Both the position numbers and the translations under genes were made by a program. This document shows positions 32,369 to 41,779 of a stretch of 64,000 nucleotides of DNA, piece after piece. Position 1 is the stretch's first letter; each line of letters starts with the position of its first letter. Origin of the DNA: a virus (lineage: Duplodnaviria > Caudoviricetes); IMG/VR virus record IMGVR_UViG_3300029305_002733, positions 1 to 64,000 of that record; one strand, given 5' to 3'. The notes below the pieces were generated by a model. The model saw only the letters and a list, made by a program, of their open reading frames with translations, was not told the DNA's origin and did not search any database.

Positions 32369-32453
32369 CGACTGTTGAGCGATTCGAACGCTCGGAGCTG
32401 TTAAGCTCACTGGTTTTCAAGACCAGCTCCTTAAACCACTCGGACAAACAGCC
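32369..32453 (-). tRNA. tRNA-Ser(UGA)
   Basis: GGCTGTT/AACAGTC acceptor, CTGGT-CTTGAAA-ACCAG anticodon arm, long variable arm, TTCGAAT T loop. Confidence 0.95.
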
Positions 32454-32456
32454 AGA

Positions 32457-32529
32457 TGCGAGATATTGGAGTTGAACCAATCGCAACAGCTTTATAAGAA
32501 CTGCCCCATAACCGCTTGGGTAATCTCGC
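32457..32529 (-). tRNA. tRNA-Ile(UAU)
   Basis: GCGAGAT/ATCTCGC acceptor, CAGTT-CTTATAA-AGCTG anticodon arm, ATTGG-TTCAACT-CCAAT T arm. Confidence 0.9.
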
Positions 32530-32717
32530 TTATTTTGCCGGAATATACCGTCCGGCACGGTTGAAAGAGGAGGAGAATCAAACTTCGATTTTATTTAATT
32601 ATGTCTAGTTTGATTGTTACGTATTTGTGCGTTTTTGTTTAGGTGACGCACCCCACCGCCTTACAAAAGAGGTTCAAAAATGAAACAACTATCAACCAAT
32701 GTGTCTTTCGACACAAG

Positions 32718-32790
32718 CTGGGCATACTGGATTTGAACCAGTGAAATGCAGCAGTCAAAGTGCTGTGCCTTACCGCTTGGCGAATGCCCA
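32718..32790 (-). tRNA. tRNA-Gln(UUG)
   Basis: TGGGCAT/ATGCCCA acceptor, CAGCA-CTTTGAC-TGCTG anticodon arm, TTCAAAT T loop. Confidence 0.95.
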
Positions 32791-32985
32791 ATGTAATGTG
32801 CAGTAGCAATATTATTTTGATTTGAGAGGAGGTACGTTGCTACTGCACCTTAACTAAGAAAGGAGGCTTCTTCAATGTACAAAAGAGAAGAACCATTACG
32901 AATCTTAGATGTAAGCTTTTTCATCACTACTATTTAATTATGCGTAGTTTAGAGATTTTTTTAAGTTCCTTATTGGAACATCTTT

Positions 32986-33114
32986 ATGATAACACATTCA
33001 AACTCATTTGTCAATACTTATTTTAAATATTTTAATTTTATCTAGTTTGAAGTGTTTTTAAAGTGTTCCTCTTTGGAACAACTTAATGATATCATATTAA
33101 AAAGGATTTGTCAA
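32986..33114 (-). promoter_or_regulatory. tandem sigmaA promoters (TTGACA-17-TATCAT twice) for the tRNA locus, interleaved with operator motifs
   Basis: tgtcaa 33009-33014 with atgata 32986-32991; tgtcaa 33109-33114 with atgata 33086-33091; motifs at 32933, 33031, 33125. Confidence 0.8.
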
Positions 33115-33145
33115 CACCTTTTTATTTAATTTTACGAAGTTTATT

Positions 33146-34063
33146 TTAATGGGCTGCGAGATCACAAGCATGAATTTGAAATACCTCCTCAACTGTCTTC
33201 TGTCCAAATAATTTAGTATCCTTCTCCAGCTTCTGCTCGTTATTCTTCCATTCTAAATAAGGTCGCATATGCAACTCAATTAATAAAGCAACATACTGTT
33301 TATCAATCCAAGGCCAATTATCCATATCAAAGAATAAAGAAGCGTAGCAACCGCTGTTATGGTGGCTAAAGTAGTGAACTTCACCATCATCTTCTCCTTT
33401 TCTGTTTTGCGAAGAACGTGTGACCGGCTTACCAATATCATGCATAAATGCAGCCATGGTTACATCATCAAACTGACCTGTATTTTCTAAACACACTTGA
33501 CCTGCTTTTTCCATATGATTTCCTAGAGACAAACCATGATGACTATTACCTTGGTCATAATTCTTTAACTCTTCTATATAATCAAATGGATTACCATAAT
33601 AACATTCATATTCTGGTTTAGTATATGCTACTTCTACTTCATTCCAACCTTCTGCCCTAGATGGCATCTGAAAATTGAAATACATACGGAATAATATATC
33701 TTCCGGAACCTGACGTTCTCTTGCAGCATTATTACAAATGCACTCCTCAAAAGGAGTTGCGACAATAACACATTTCTTATAACAGTTTACTCTTTTAAGG
33801 GTATAAAGCAAATGGATGCGATTACGTCTTCTAAGGTTGGTAGCGTCAATAACCACATTCTTTCCCACTAACAAATCCTCTTTAACTCTTTTATACAAAA
33901 TGTCAAACACTTCTGTATTATGGGATTGATCTGTTTCATCTCCCATTTCCGCACGAATCCTATCTGAAGCATGAACCACATAACCTTCAGATTCATATTT
34001 TTCGACATATGTACTTTTACCTGCACCCGGCAAACCACAGATTAAAATTAATTTACTTTTCAT
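33146..34063 (-). CDS. polynucleotide kinase (AAA_33) fused to HD phosphohydrolase
   Basis: GLPGAGKST, HASDRIR, VIDATN; HH..LGNH, MHDIGK, HACD. Confidence 0.9.
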   Translation of the reverse strand: MKSKLILICGLPGAGKSTYVEKYESEGYVVHASDRIRAEMGDETDQSHNTEVFDILYKRVKEDLLVGKNVVIDATNLRRRNRIHLLYTLKRVNCYKKCVIVATPFEECICNNAARERQVPEDILFRMYFNFQMPSRAEGWNEVEVAYTKPEYECYYGNPFDYIEELKNYDQGNSHHGLSLGNHMEKAGQVCLENTGQFDDVTMAAFMHDIGKPVTRSSQNRKGEDDGEVHYFSHHNSGCYASLFFDMDNWPWIDKQYVALLIELHMRPYLEWKNNEQKLEKDTKLFGQKTVEEVFQIHACDLAAH

Positions 34064-34097
34064 ATCAAATCACCTTCCAATCTTTTACAAATATATC

Positions 34098-34126
34098 TTG
34101 CAATTTTTTCCAATTTGTTGTATATT
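34098..34126 (+). promoter_or_regulatory. sigmaA promoter TTGCAA-17-TATATT
   Basis: ttgcaa 34098-34103, tatatt 34121-34126. Confidence 0.65.
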
Positions 34127-34157
34127 AATGTCATAAAATATAAGGAGGACATCACAT

Positions 34158-34478
34158 ATGGATGATGACGTACCACTCTTACAAACGAGAACCTCTCAGC
34201 GTATATTTACTTATGTAATTACTGAGAATCTAAACACTACTTATGAAGAAGCCCGTGTTTTTGAATTTGGGATCGAATGCACAGTAACTAACTCTAAAGG
34301 GATAGTCATATCTTATAAACATGTAAGATGTATATCTCCTGACTTTGATAAAGTATACGGCATTGCCATCCTATTTCAAAAACATAAAGTATATCCGGAA
34401 CACATGTTGGATATTATTGATGATTTGCTTGCTATGAACGAGCTTCCAGAAGCAATTTACTATCCAAAATGCGCCTAA
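34158..34478 (+). CDS. counter-oriented DUF6514-like protein
   Basis: AAGGAGG SD; FGIEC..ISPDFDKV..VYPEHMLDIIDDLL resembles the clostridial DUF6514 pattern. Confidence 0.7.
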   Translation: MDDDVPLLQTRTSQRIFTYVITENLNTTYEEARVFEFGIECTVTNSKGIVISYKHVRCISPDFDKVYGIAILFQKHKVYPEHMLDIIDDLLAMNELPEAIYYPKCA

Positions 34479-34486
34479 AATAAACC

Positions 34487-34514
34487 AGGGTGGGGTTAAC
34501 TCACCCTATTTTTT
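34487..34514 (+). terminator. intrinsic terminator
   Basis: AGGGTG..CACCCT stem followed by ATTTTTT. Confidence 0.7.
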
Positions 34515-34536
34515 ATACAATAAAAAGCATCTTTTA

Positions 34537-36385
34537 TTACTCGTTATCCCGCATTAATTTCTGCCCACACTCCGGACAATATTTATCTATTCCGGGTACA
34601 ACTGTACCTAAACACGCAGGACAGGAATTATTATATACTCCTACTGCTTTTTTAGGTATCTGTTTCTCAATCATGGCCTTTAAATTTGCACCATTGATTT
34701 CTATTCGTTGATGATACCCTCTTTCTGTGTAATATTCTTGAATTACTCCTAAGATAAAGTCATCTGTTTGCTTTATGTTATCATTTACATAAGCCTCAAT
34801 ACTTCCCATATAACCTAAACTAATCCGTTGATCTGTCACGCTGCTACTCCCTTATTTCTTTTGTTTTCTTCTTGCCATTCTTTCAAGGCTTCTATACTCT
34901 TTTTGATTTCTAACATGAGATTATATATGACCTCTGCTAATTCTCTGTTTGTCATACTACTCTCCCTTCTGATATGGTGCAATCGGCAAAGGCATCCATT
35001 CAATTACGCAATTATCAACCTCAAAACTTGAACGATAACCCATATCAATAAGTACATGCATTTTCATTGTTCTAAAACACTGTCCGTAAATATCATAAGT
35101 GCTTTGATACACTCTGTTTCCATCAGTGACAATGAATCTACCATCATTCTGAAAAAATTCTTCTTTGCTCGGCAATCTCTCATTGCAAGGAATCCAACCA
35201 TATTCCTTTGCTACTTCTTGCTTTTCCATTGCTTCGATTGCCATATCCAATGCCATCTGCTCCCTAAAGTCTAAACAATTTACTGGAAATGATTTTAATT
35301 CTGCCAATGCTTCCGCTTCCGTCATTCCTTACCCCTCCTTTAACTCCTCTGCCACTTCATTGATTTTTCTAGCACAATACCAATCTCTGCCATCAACATC
35401 TAATTTGCTTAGAATCAACTCCGCAAATTCATCAATAGCCGATGCCCTTATCTCTGCTTCGGTTGTGGTTTCCATGAACTTGGCGTGTTCCATTGCATCG
35501 TGAATTGCTTCCATGTAACCCTTGCCCCAATCAGTAATGCCATTCATGTCTAATTCTCGTTCAAGTAAAAACATCAGCTTACTTCTATCAATTAACTCTG
35601 CCATCACTCCACCTCCGAAATCTAATAAGACCAATTACCATAAGCAAAATGTCCTAAATAACTTCCACATTCTTTGCAATGCAAATCATATTCTACAAGA
35701 ATTGCATCTTCAAAATGTTCATTTCGAACCTCTTTTTCCACACACCCACAATCACATTCGATTGGTGGATAATCTCTTTTATCGTAACTCATCTACTCCA
35801 CCCCACCTTTCCGAACAATTTCAAATATCCTGCTCCATGCGCAAATCTTACAGCCTTGTCCTTGTGCAAATTCTTCACTGCATTTACTGTTGCAACCCAT
35901 GTAGCGTTTTAACTCTTCAATAACTGCTTCTACATCATAAGCTGTCTTTGCATTGCTGATTTTTGCTGCGCATTGATAGAATGCTTGATGCTTTGCCCTA
36001 TCGTATTCATAGTCTGCATCGTTCTCTATTTCCTGTATCAAAGGCTCTGCATATACTAACCGTGCCATCACTCTTCCTCCGAAATCTTTATAGGCTTTCC
36101 ACAGTATGGGCATATACAATCAAAATCTTCCAAAACAATTCGTAAATTCTTAATATATGAACTGTTATAGGTTGAACATTTTTCATCTGCACAATGCCAC
36201 GCAATTCCAGTGTTTTCTTCAAGTTTCCACTCACAACAATCCGATTCCCACTTTGCTTCGGCTTCGTTAATGATGCGATTGACTCTTTTAATGCCTGTGT
36301 ACTCTTCTCCGAATAACTCCACACCTATTGTTGCGTTTATCTCCTCACGCATCCAATCAAATATCTGTTTTATCGTCATTTTCAC
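34537..36385 (-). CDS. cluster of small phage ORFs (34537-34839 Zn-ribbon, 34957-35325 DUF551-like, 35329-~35604, ~35793-36068, 36068-36379)
   Basis: CPACLG..CPECGQKL; WIPCNERLP..VIEWMPLP; overlapping starts and stops. Confidence 0.65.
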
Positions 36386-36483
36386 TTTCCTTTCTAAACG
36401 ACGAAAAAATCCCTTTATTTATAAGGGTTTTCAAGGGATTTTCGCCATTATTCTCATAAAAACTACCCAATAAAAAACATTTT

Positions 36484-37173
36484 TTATTCACTCTTTTGGT
36501 TTAATTTTGTCCAGTTATACCATCCATACAGACAGTTGATTGTCCATGCAATATACATCGCAACCATAGACCAGTTGCCATCAACAAACCACATCTTCAA
36601 ACATAAAATATCAATTGCTAACCACCAAATCCACTGCTCTCTATAACCCTTAATCATTAAAAGCTGTGCTACAATTGCAAATACATTTGTTGCTGCATCT
36701 GTATATGCCTGCTGACTATTAATAAGAGTTAATGCATATCCAGTACCCATTGTTAATGCACCGGTTACAGCTCCGGATAAAAGCCACTGTTTAACTGTAA
36801 ATTTCTTCGCCTTAACCTGAGTAGAACCATCGTCATTCTTATTCATGTTCTTTTTCCAAATGAAAATACCCCAAATCATAGTTACAAGATAAAAGATATT
36901 CTCTAAGAACTCACCGTAAAACCTTGCTTCCCATGTAAGCCATAAACAAATACCAGTCTGCACAAATCCAATAAAGTAAAAACTCAACTTTCCCTTTGCA
37001 CAAAGTACTACAGAAATTGTTCCTGCAACACCTGCAATCATACTTAACCAAGAGTCCGGAGCAACTACAAATACTGCAATCTGTAATACAACCATAGAAA
37101 TCATAAATAACTTTTCAAATACGTTATATCCTACCCAAAATTCATTCAATAACCAATTCTTAATTCTTTCCAT
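36484..37173 (-). CDS. pnuC: PnuC nicotinamide riboside transporter
   Basis: Multi-pass membrane; VVLCAKGKLSFYFIG, YTDAAT..AQLLMIKGYREQWIWW, INCLYGWYNW. Confidence 0.92.
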   Translation of the reverse strand: MERIKNWLLNEFWVGYNVFEKLFMISMVVLQIAVFVVAPDSWLSMIAGVAGTISVVLCAKGKLSFYFIGFVQTGICLWLTWEARFYGEFLENIFYLVTMIWGIFIWKKNMNKNDDGSTQVKAKKFTVKQWLLSGAVTGALTMGTGYALTLINSQQAYTDAATNVFAIVAQLLMIKGYREQWIWWLAIDILCLKMWFVDGNWSMVAMYIAWTINCLYGWYNWTKLNQKSE

Positions 37174-38281
37174 TTTCAATAATCTCCCTTACATAATTTA
37201 CTACCGCCATAAAGTTCTCATAATATGTACCGTCAAGGATAGTAACCTTATCCCAATCCCCAACATCAATTAAACTCTGTTTTAAGATTTCGAATAATTC
37301 CTTACGTTCTTCTAAGCCAGAATGATTCATAAATCTTACACCATCATCTACAAATACACCATGTGGCACTACGCAGAAAATCTTATCCCAACGACTTTTC
37401 TTTGCATATTCATATGCCACAGGTTTAATTTTTGTTTCATAATCTTCAACTGTAAGTAAGCACGTAGGATCTTTTGCATAGTACTGTGCATACATATTTG
37501 TTACCAAAGAATCTGTATCTGCAAAGAATACACCATGATTCCCTGGGGAATTAATTTCCTGACGATTATGATTAAACTGTCCATCCAAGAATGCCAAGAA
37601 ATCCGCTGCATCTAATTCCCAATCTGCTACGCAGCTCTCTTTCATATAATCTCTTGCCCATTCATGGCTATGTGGCGCATTGAAATATTTACCAAGGTCA
37701 ATTACCATAGTAGATTTACCTTCGGATGCGGTACCGGTAATTAAAATATTTGTACTGAAAACTCTTCTAAATGGAAAGGTTATCTTATCCCAATTCTTAA
37801 TTGGATTCTGTCTAATCATTGTTGCACAGATTGGATTGTCTGCAACCCGGTCAACAAGAACTGCGTCTTCATTCCACATATTAACTAGGTCTGTATAGTA
37901 ATTCTCATCTCCTACATACCAGGTTCTTTTATTTGGCCAACTCATATCAACTGCTGTTTCATAAATTCTTTCAAATTCTTTCATCCAGCCTGGCCATCCA
38001 TCTGGATAATTACTGATACCAAGTTCAGAATCATTAATTGCATACACAGATACTAAATCATCATCTGCAAAGAATTCTCTTACATAACGATATCTCTTGG
38101 CATGTGGCATAAGAGGCTCCCCTTTATCACCCTCAAATCCACAAACAATAACTAATGCTCCGCCGGCATTTTCTTTTTTAGCTCTCATAATCAAATCAAG
38201 ATGCCCCTGATGTAACGGAGCAAAGGAACCAAATACGACTCCAACCTTCCCTTTTAATGGTTTCTGATAAGCGTGTAACAT
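37160..38281 (-). CDS. nadR: NadR-type bifunctional NMN adenylyltransferase / ribosylnicotinamide kinase (no HTH)
   Basis: FGSFAPLHQGH (HxGH), ICATMIR, ITGTASEGKST P-loop, HEWARDY, FADTD. Confidence 0.92.
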   Translation of the reverse strand: MLHAYQKPLKGKVGVVFGSFAPLHQGHLDLIMRAKKENAGGALVIVCGFEGDKGEPLMPHAKRYRYVREFFADDDLVSVYAINDSELGISNYPDGWPGWMKEFERIYETAVDMSWPNKRTWYVGDENYYTDLVNMWNEDAVLVDRVADNPICATMIRQNPIKNWDKITFPFRRVFSTNILITGTASEGKSTMVIDLGKYFNAPHSHEWARDYMKESCVADWELDAADFLAFLDGQFNHNRQEINSPGNHGVFFADTDSLVTNMYAQYYAKDPTCLLTVEDYETKIKPVAYEYAKKSRWDKIFCVVPHGVFVDDGVRFMNHSGLEERKELFEILKQSLIDVGDWDKVTILDGTYYENFMAVVNYVREIIENGKN

Positions 38282-38302
38282 TATTTATACTCTCCTTATA
38301 AA

Positions 38303-40273
38303 CTAATTAATCATTTCTAAATAATCCTGCTCGGATATAATCTTGCAGCCCACTTGCTTTGCCTTGGTGTTTTTGGAAGAACTACTGTTTACGTCATTAT
38401 TTATGAGATAATTGGTCTTAGATGTTACAGAACTCACATACTTTCCACCATGTTCCTCAATATCACTAATTAAAGCATCACGGTTCTTAAATCTTTCTAA
38501 TGAACCGGTAATGCAGAAAGTGGCATTATTTAAACTCTTACCATTATTTTTATTATGCGTAGTTTCAACAATAAAATTAAATTCCTGCTTCAGTGCTAGG
38601 AATTCAATCCAATGTTTGTTCATCCAACTAACTAATGATTCATACATTGCCTGACCAAAACCTTCAATCTTGGTAAACTGCTTTGCCTTACCGGTACTCA
38701 TAATTTCACAGAACTTTTCAATATCTCCGTTACAGAACTTTGCAATATCTTTACTTACTGTACGGCCAATAAGTGGAATGGATTGTGCGCAAATGAAACG
38801 CTCGGCCGTAGTTGTTCTAGACTTTTCAATTGCTTCTCTTATTTTATCAACAGACTTTTTCCCAAAGCCCGGAGTTGCAACCCATTTCTGGTATACTTCT
38901 TTATAGAATGGAATCCTATACAAATCCTTAATGGACTTCACTTCTAGCTCTTCAATCATATATTCAAGTGTTGCTTCCGAGAGTCCGTCGATATCCAGTG
39001 CATTCTTACTTACCGCATTACACAACTTACCAAGCAACTTACCCTGACAGTCTTCGTTGCTGCACATCAGAACTTTAGTATCATTGTCCTTTACAATCTT
39101 GGTTAATCCACCACAAATCGGACATACATCTGGAAATGTAATTGTATTACTTCTTGTAAGATTATCTGCAATTTGTGGAATTATCATATTTGCCTTATAT
39201 ACAGTAATTGTATCTCCAATACCTAATTCAAGTTCCTGACAAAGACTCCAGTTGTGCACGGAAGCTCTTTCTACAGTTGTGCCTTCAATTTCAACCGGAT
39301 TGAAAATCGCTACCGGACAAAGACAACCTGTTTTACCCATGCTCCACTGGATTTCCTTTAAAGTAGTTTCATAAACATCATCCTTAAACTTAAATGCTAT
39401 CTGGGATCTTACGTGATGCCCCGTCATTCCCAAAGACTCTCCATAGGCCACATCCGAGTATCCGAAAACGACTCCATCTATTGGATATCCCTTTCCTTCA
39501 GCAGCTCTTACCAAATCATTGATAATATTCTGAATCTCATCTCTGGAAGAACCTTTTCCCACCTTGAGATAAGGAACCACTTCAAATCCAAGAGCGTTTA
39601 ACTTGAATAGTCTTGTGCAGAAATCATTATCTTCCATTCCCTTAATAACTTTCCATGCGACAAACTTAAGACCTCTCTGCTTTGCAATCTTACTATCGAG
39701 CTGGCGAATTGAGCCGCTTGCTAAGTTACGTGGGTTCTTATATTTTTCATCTGCCGGTAAACATGCGTTAATTTTCTCAAAAGTTGGATAGTCAATAATC
39801 ATTTCTCCGTCCACAATCAAGTCATCATAAGAAACTCTCAAAGGAATATTGGTAACTACCTTGGCATTATGCAGAATATCCTCACCAATTTCACCCGTCC
39901 CGCGTGTCTCTGCGCCAATCAAATCTCCATTATATTGGAGTGAGCAGGTTAGGCCATCCATCTTTAACATCGCTATTCCATCATGGTTTTTAAAGAAATT
40001 AACAATATCATCTACACTCTTTGTCTTATCAAGTGATAACATCGGATGATTATGTTTAATTTTATTCAGTTCAGACTTTACTTCATAACCAACAGTTTGC
40101 GTTGGACTATTACTCATGTAAACACCGGTTTCTTTTTCCAACTCTACCAGTCTATCAAACAATCTGTCATATTCCTGATCGCTTACACTCGGATTAGATT
40201 TATTATAATACTCGTCCCGGTAAATATTTAACTGCTCCACTAACCGCTTCATTTCATTGATTTTTTCATTCAT
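38303..40273 (-). CDS. ligA: NAD+-dependent DNA ligase
   Basis: YY..NPSVSDQEYD, LKMDG, TRGTG, KNPRNLASG, DGVV, C4 Zn finger, C-terminal BRCT; start placed at MNEKINE. Confidence 0.96.
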   Translation of the reverse strand: MNEKINEMKRLVEQLNIYRDEYYNKSNPSVSDQEYDRLFDRLVELEKETGVYMSNSPTQTVGYEVKSELNKIKHNHPMLSLDKTKSVDDIVNFFKNHDGIAMLKMDGLTCSLQYNGDLIGAETRGTGEIGEDILHNAKVVTNIPLRVSYDDLIVDGEMIIDYPTFEKINACLPADEKYKNPRNLASGSIRQLDSKIAKQRGLKFVAWKVIKGMEDNDFCTRLFKLNALGFEVVPYLKVGKGSSRDEIQNIINDLVRAAEGKGYPIDGVVFGYSDVAYGESLGMTGHHVRSQIAFKFKDDVYETTLKEIQWSMGKTGCLCPVAIFNPVEIEGTTVERASVHNWSLCQELELGIGDTITVYKANMIIPQIADNLTRSNTITFPDVCPICGGLTKIVKDNDTKVLMCSNEDCQGKLLGKLCNAVSKNALDIDGLSEATLEYMIEELEVKSIKDLYRIPFYKEVYQKWVATPGFGKKSVDKIREAIEKSRTTTAERFICAQSIPLIGRTVSKDIAKFCNGDIEKFCEIMSTGKAKQFTKIEGFGQAMYESLVSWMNKHWIEFLALKQEFNFIVETTHNKNNGKSLNNATFCITGSLERFKNRDALISDIEEHGGKYVSSVTSKTNYLINNDVNSSSSKNTKAKQVGCKIISEQDYLEMIN

Positions 40274-40414
40274 AATCTTTTCCCTTTCTTGCAATTTTTC
40301 AGCTATGCAAAAGTTTTTTTCACATAGCTGAAAAGTTTTTTCACTCATTGAAAATTTGTATGTAGTTTGTTTCGTTATCTTTTTCAGATACTTCCATTTT
40401 AATTATATCTAGTT

Positions 40415-40711
40415 TTAAAGCTTTGTAATATAAATGTTTTCGTTCTTTAGATGAATCTGATATTCGTTCTCAATTTCATCGTAAAAAATCTCAATTCCGT
40501 CAATTTCCCGGATGTTTAAGATACAACCCTCTCCCTCAATATAAATTTTTTCATCAAAATTGTACTCATACGGTATAAAAGAATAAACTGATACACTACT
40601 GTTATTCTCTTGACATACACTAATCTGATTTTCTCCCTCTACCGCATTCATAATCATGTTAATAAACTGCTGCATTTCTTCTATACCTCCATTATTATTA
40701 TTCATACTCAT
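40415..40711 (-). CDS. hypothetical protein with its own promoter (TTGACA 40733-40738, TACAAT 40710-40715); true start likely ~40673
   Basis: GGAGG SD near 40686; operator motifs at 40747 and 40398 bracket the gene. Confidence 0.6.
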   Translation of the reverse strand: MSMNNNNGGIEEMQQFINMIMNAVEGENQISVCQENNSSVSVYSFIPYEYNFDEKIYIEGEGCILNIREIDGIEIFYDEIENEYQIHLKNENIYITKL

Positions 40712-40834
40712 TGTAAAATATTATTCCCTTTTTGTCAACTATTTTATTTAATTTCATCTAGTTACTGCTATTTTTCACCAAACTGACATACATTTTTCAC
40801 TACTTGAAAATTAATTGAGAAAAATACCTAGCTA

Positions 40835-41779
40835 TTATGCCAGGTATTTTTCATATTTTTCATAGAACGCACCTTTACTTGGAATCCTACATCCAAATTG
40901 CTGCGTAATCTCTTTTGTATGTTCGAAAATAAATTCTTTGCAACTTATACCAAGTTCTTCACTCCTCTTCTTAATAAAAGCAATTCTTCCACTTTCATAA
41001 AAAGCATTTCCTTTTATATAATCAGAAATTCCAATAGCTGACGCACATCGTACAATTCGATTATATAATCTCCGGCCTGCACGATATTCATCATCACTAC
41101 GAAGTGTATTTGGATAATTCTTTATTATTAAATCTTCTTTTTGTAAATTTATCGGAGGTTTTGTGTCTCCATAAGGATAATAAAATAATTCTTCATCAGA
41201 CTGTATAGCAAGGTTATATAACTCTTCACTTACTTGAATTGTTCTGCCAGTACATAAAGTAACTTTGCCATCATGAAAATCTGAGAGTTTTAAATTTGTC
41301 AATTCCTTATATTGTTCTCCTTTAATTCCCTCAAATAAAGCCAAAAACATAAATCCGTCACTTGGATTATTAAGCTGTCTAGCCCAAGCAAGCACTTGTT
41401 CTCTGGTAACAATTTTCTTATCGTTCACTATATTGTTTATACAAGACATAAAAATGTCTTTATTAATTTCTATAAAATGATTCTGTGCATCTGCTACTAA
41501 ATTCTGTTCCAAACACCATTGAGTGTATAATGATAAATGACTATTACTAACCTGTAATACTTCATAGGAAGATTCATTCCATGTTTTATACATATTCACG
41601 ATTTCATAATACGTAAAACTACTTACATCTTTCCCTAATTCAGTTTCAAACTTTTCTGTTTTACTAAACAGTCGTTCTAAATAACCATTTGCCATAATTG
41701 TAGAGTCTATTTTAAATTCTATATATCTCGATTTTATATCATTATTATACATTTCAGCCATATTATTGTACCTCCTCAA
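40835..41779 (-). CDS. catalytically inactive tyrosine-recombinase-fold protein, YopR/MrpR-like master repressor candidate
   Basis: MYNNDIKSRYI start, SAM-like N-terminal region, ALFEGIKGEQYKELTNLKLSDF in place of box I, no HxxR motif; third gene of the trio. Confidence 0.7.
   Translation of the reverse strand: MRRYNNMAEMYNNDIKSRYIEFKIDSTIMANGYLERLFSKTEKFETELGKDVSSFTYYEIVNMYKTWNESSYEVLQVSNSHLSLYTQWCLEQNLVADAQNHFIEINKDIFMSCINNIVNDKKIVTREQVLAWARQLNNPSDGFMFLALFEGIKGEQYKELTNLKLSDFHDGKVTLCTGRTIQVSEELYNLAIQSDEELFYYPYGDTKPPINLQKEDLIIKNYPNTLRSDDEYRAGRRLYNRIVRCASAIGISDYIKGNAFYESGRIAFIKKRSEELGISCKEFIFEHTKEITQQFGCRIPSKGAFYEKYEKYLA

Noticed and set aside
38303-40348. Extended ORF-track starts (ligA 40348, tnpB 31896, 43043, 56747, 59658, 4214, 52494)
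   Set aside because: They overlap promoters, sites or neighbouring genes; downstream ATGs with proper SDs are more plausible.
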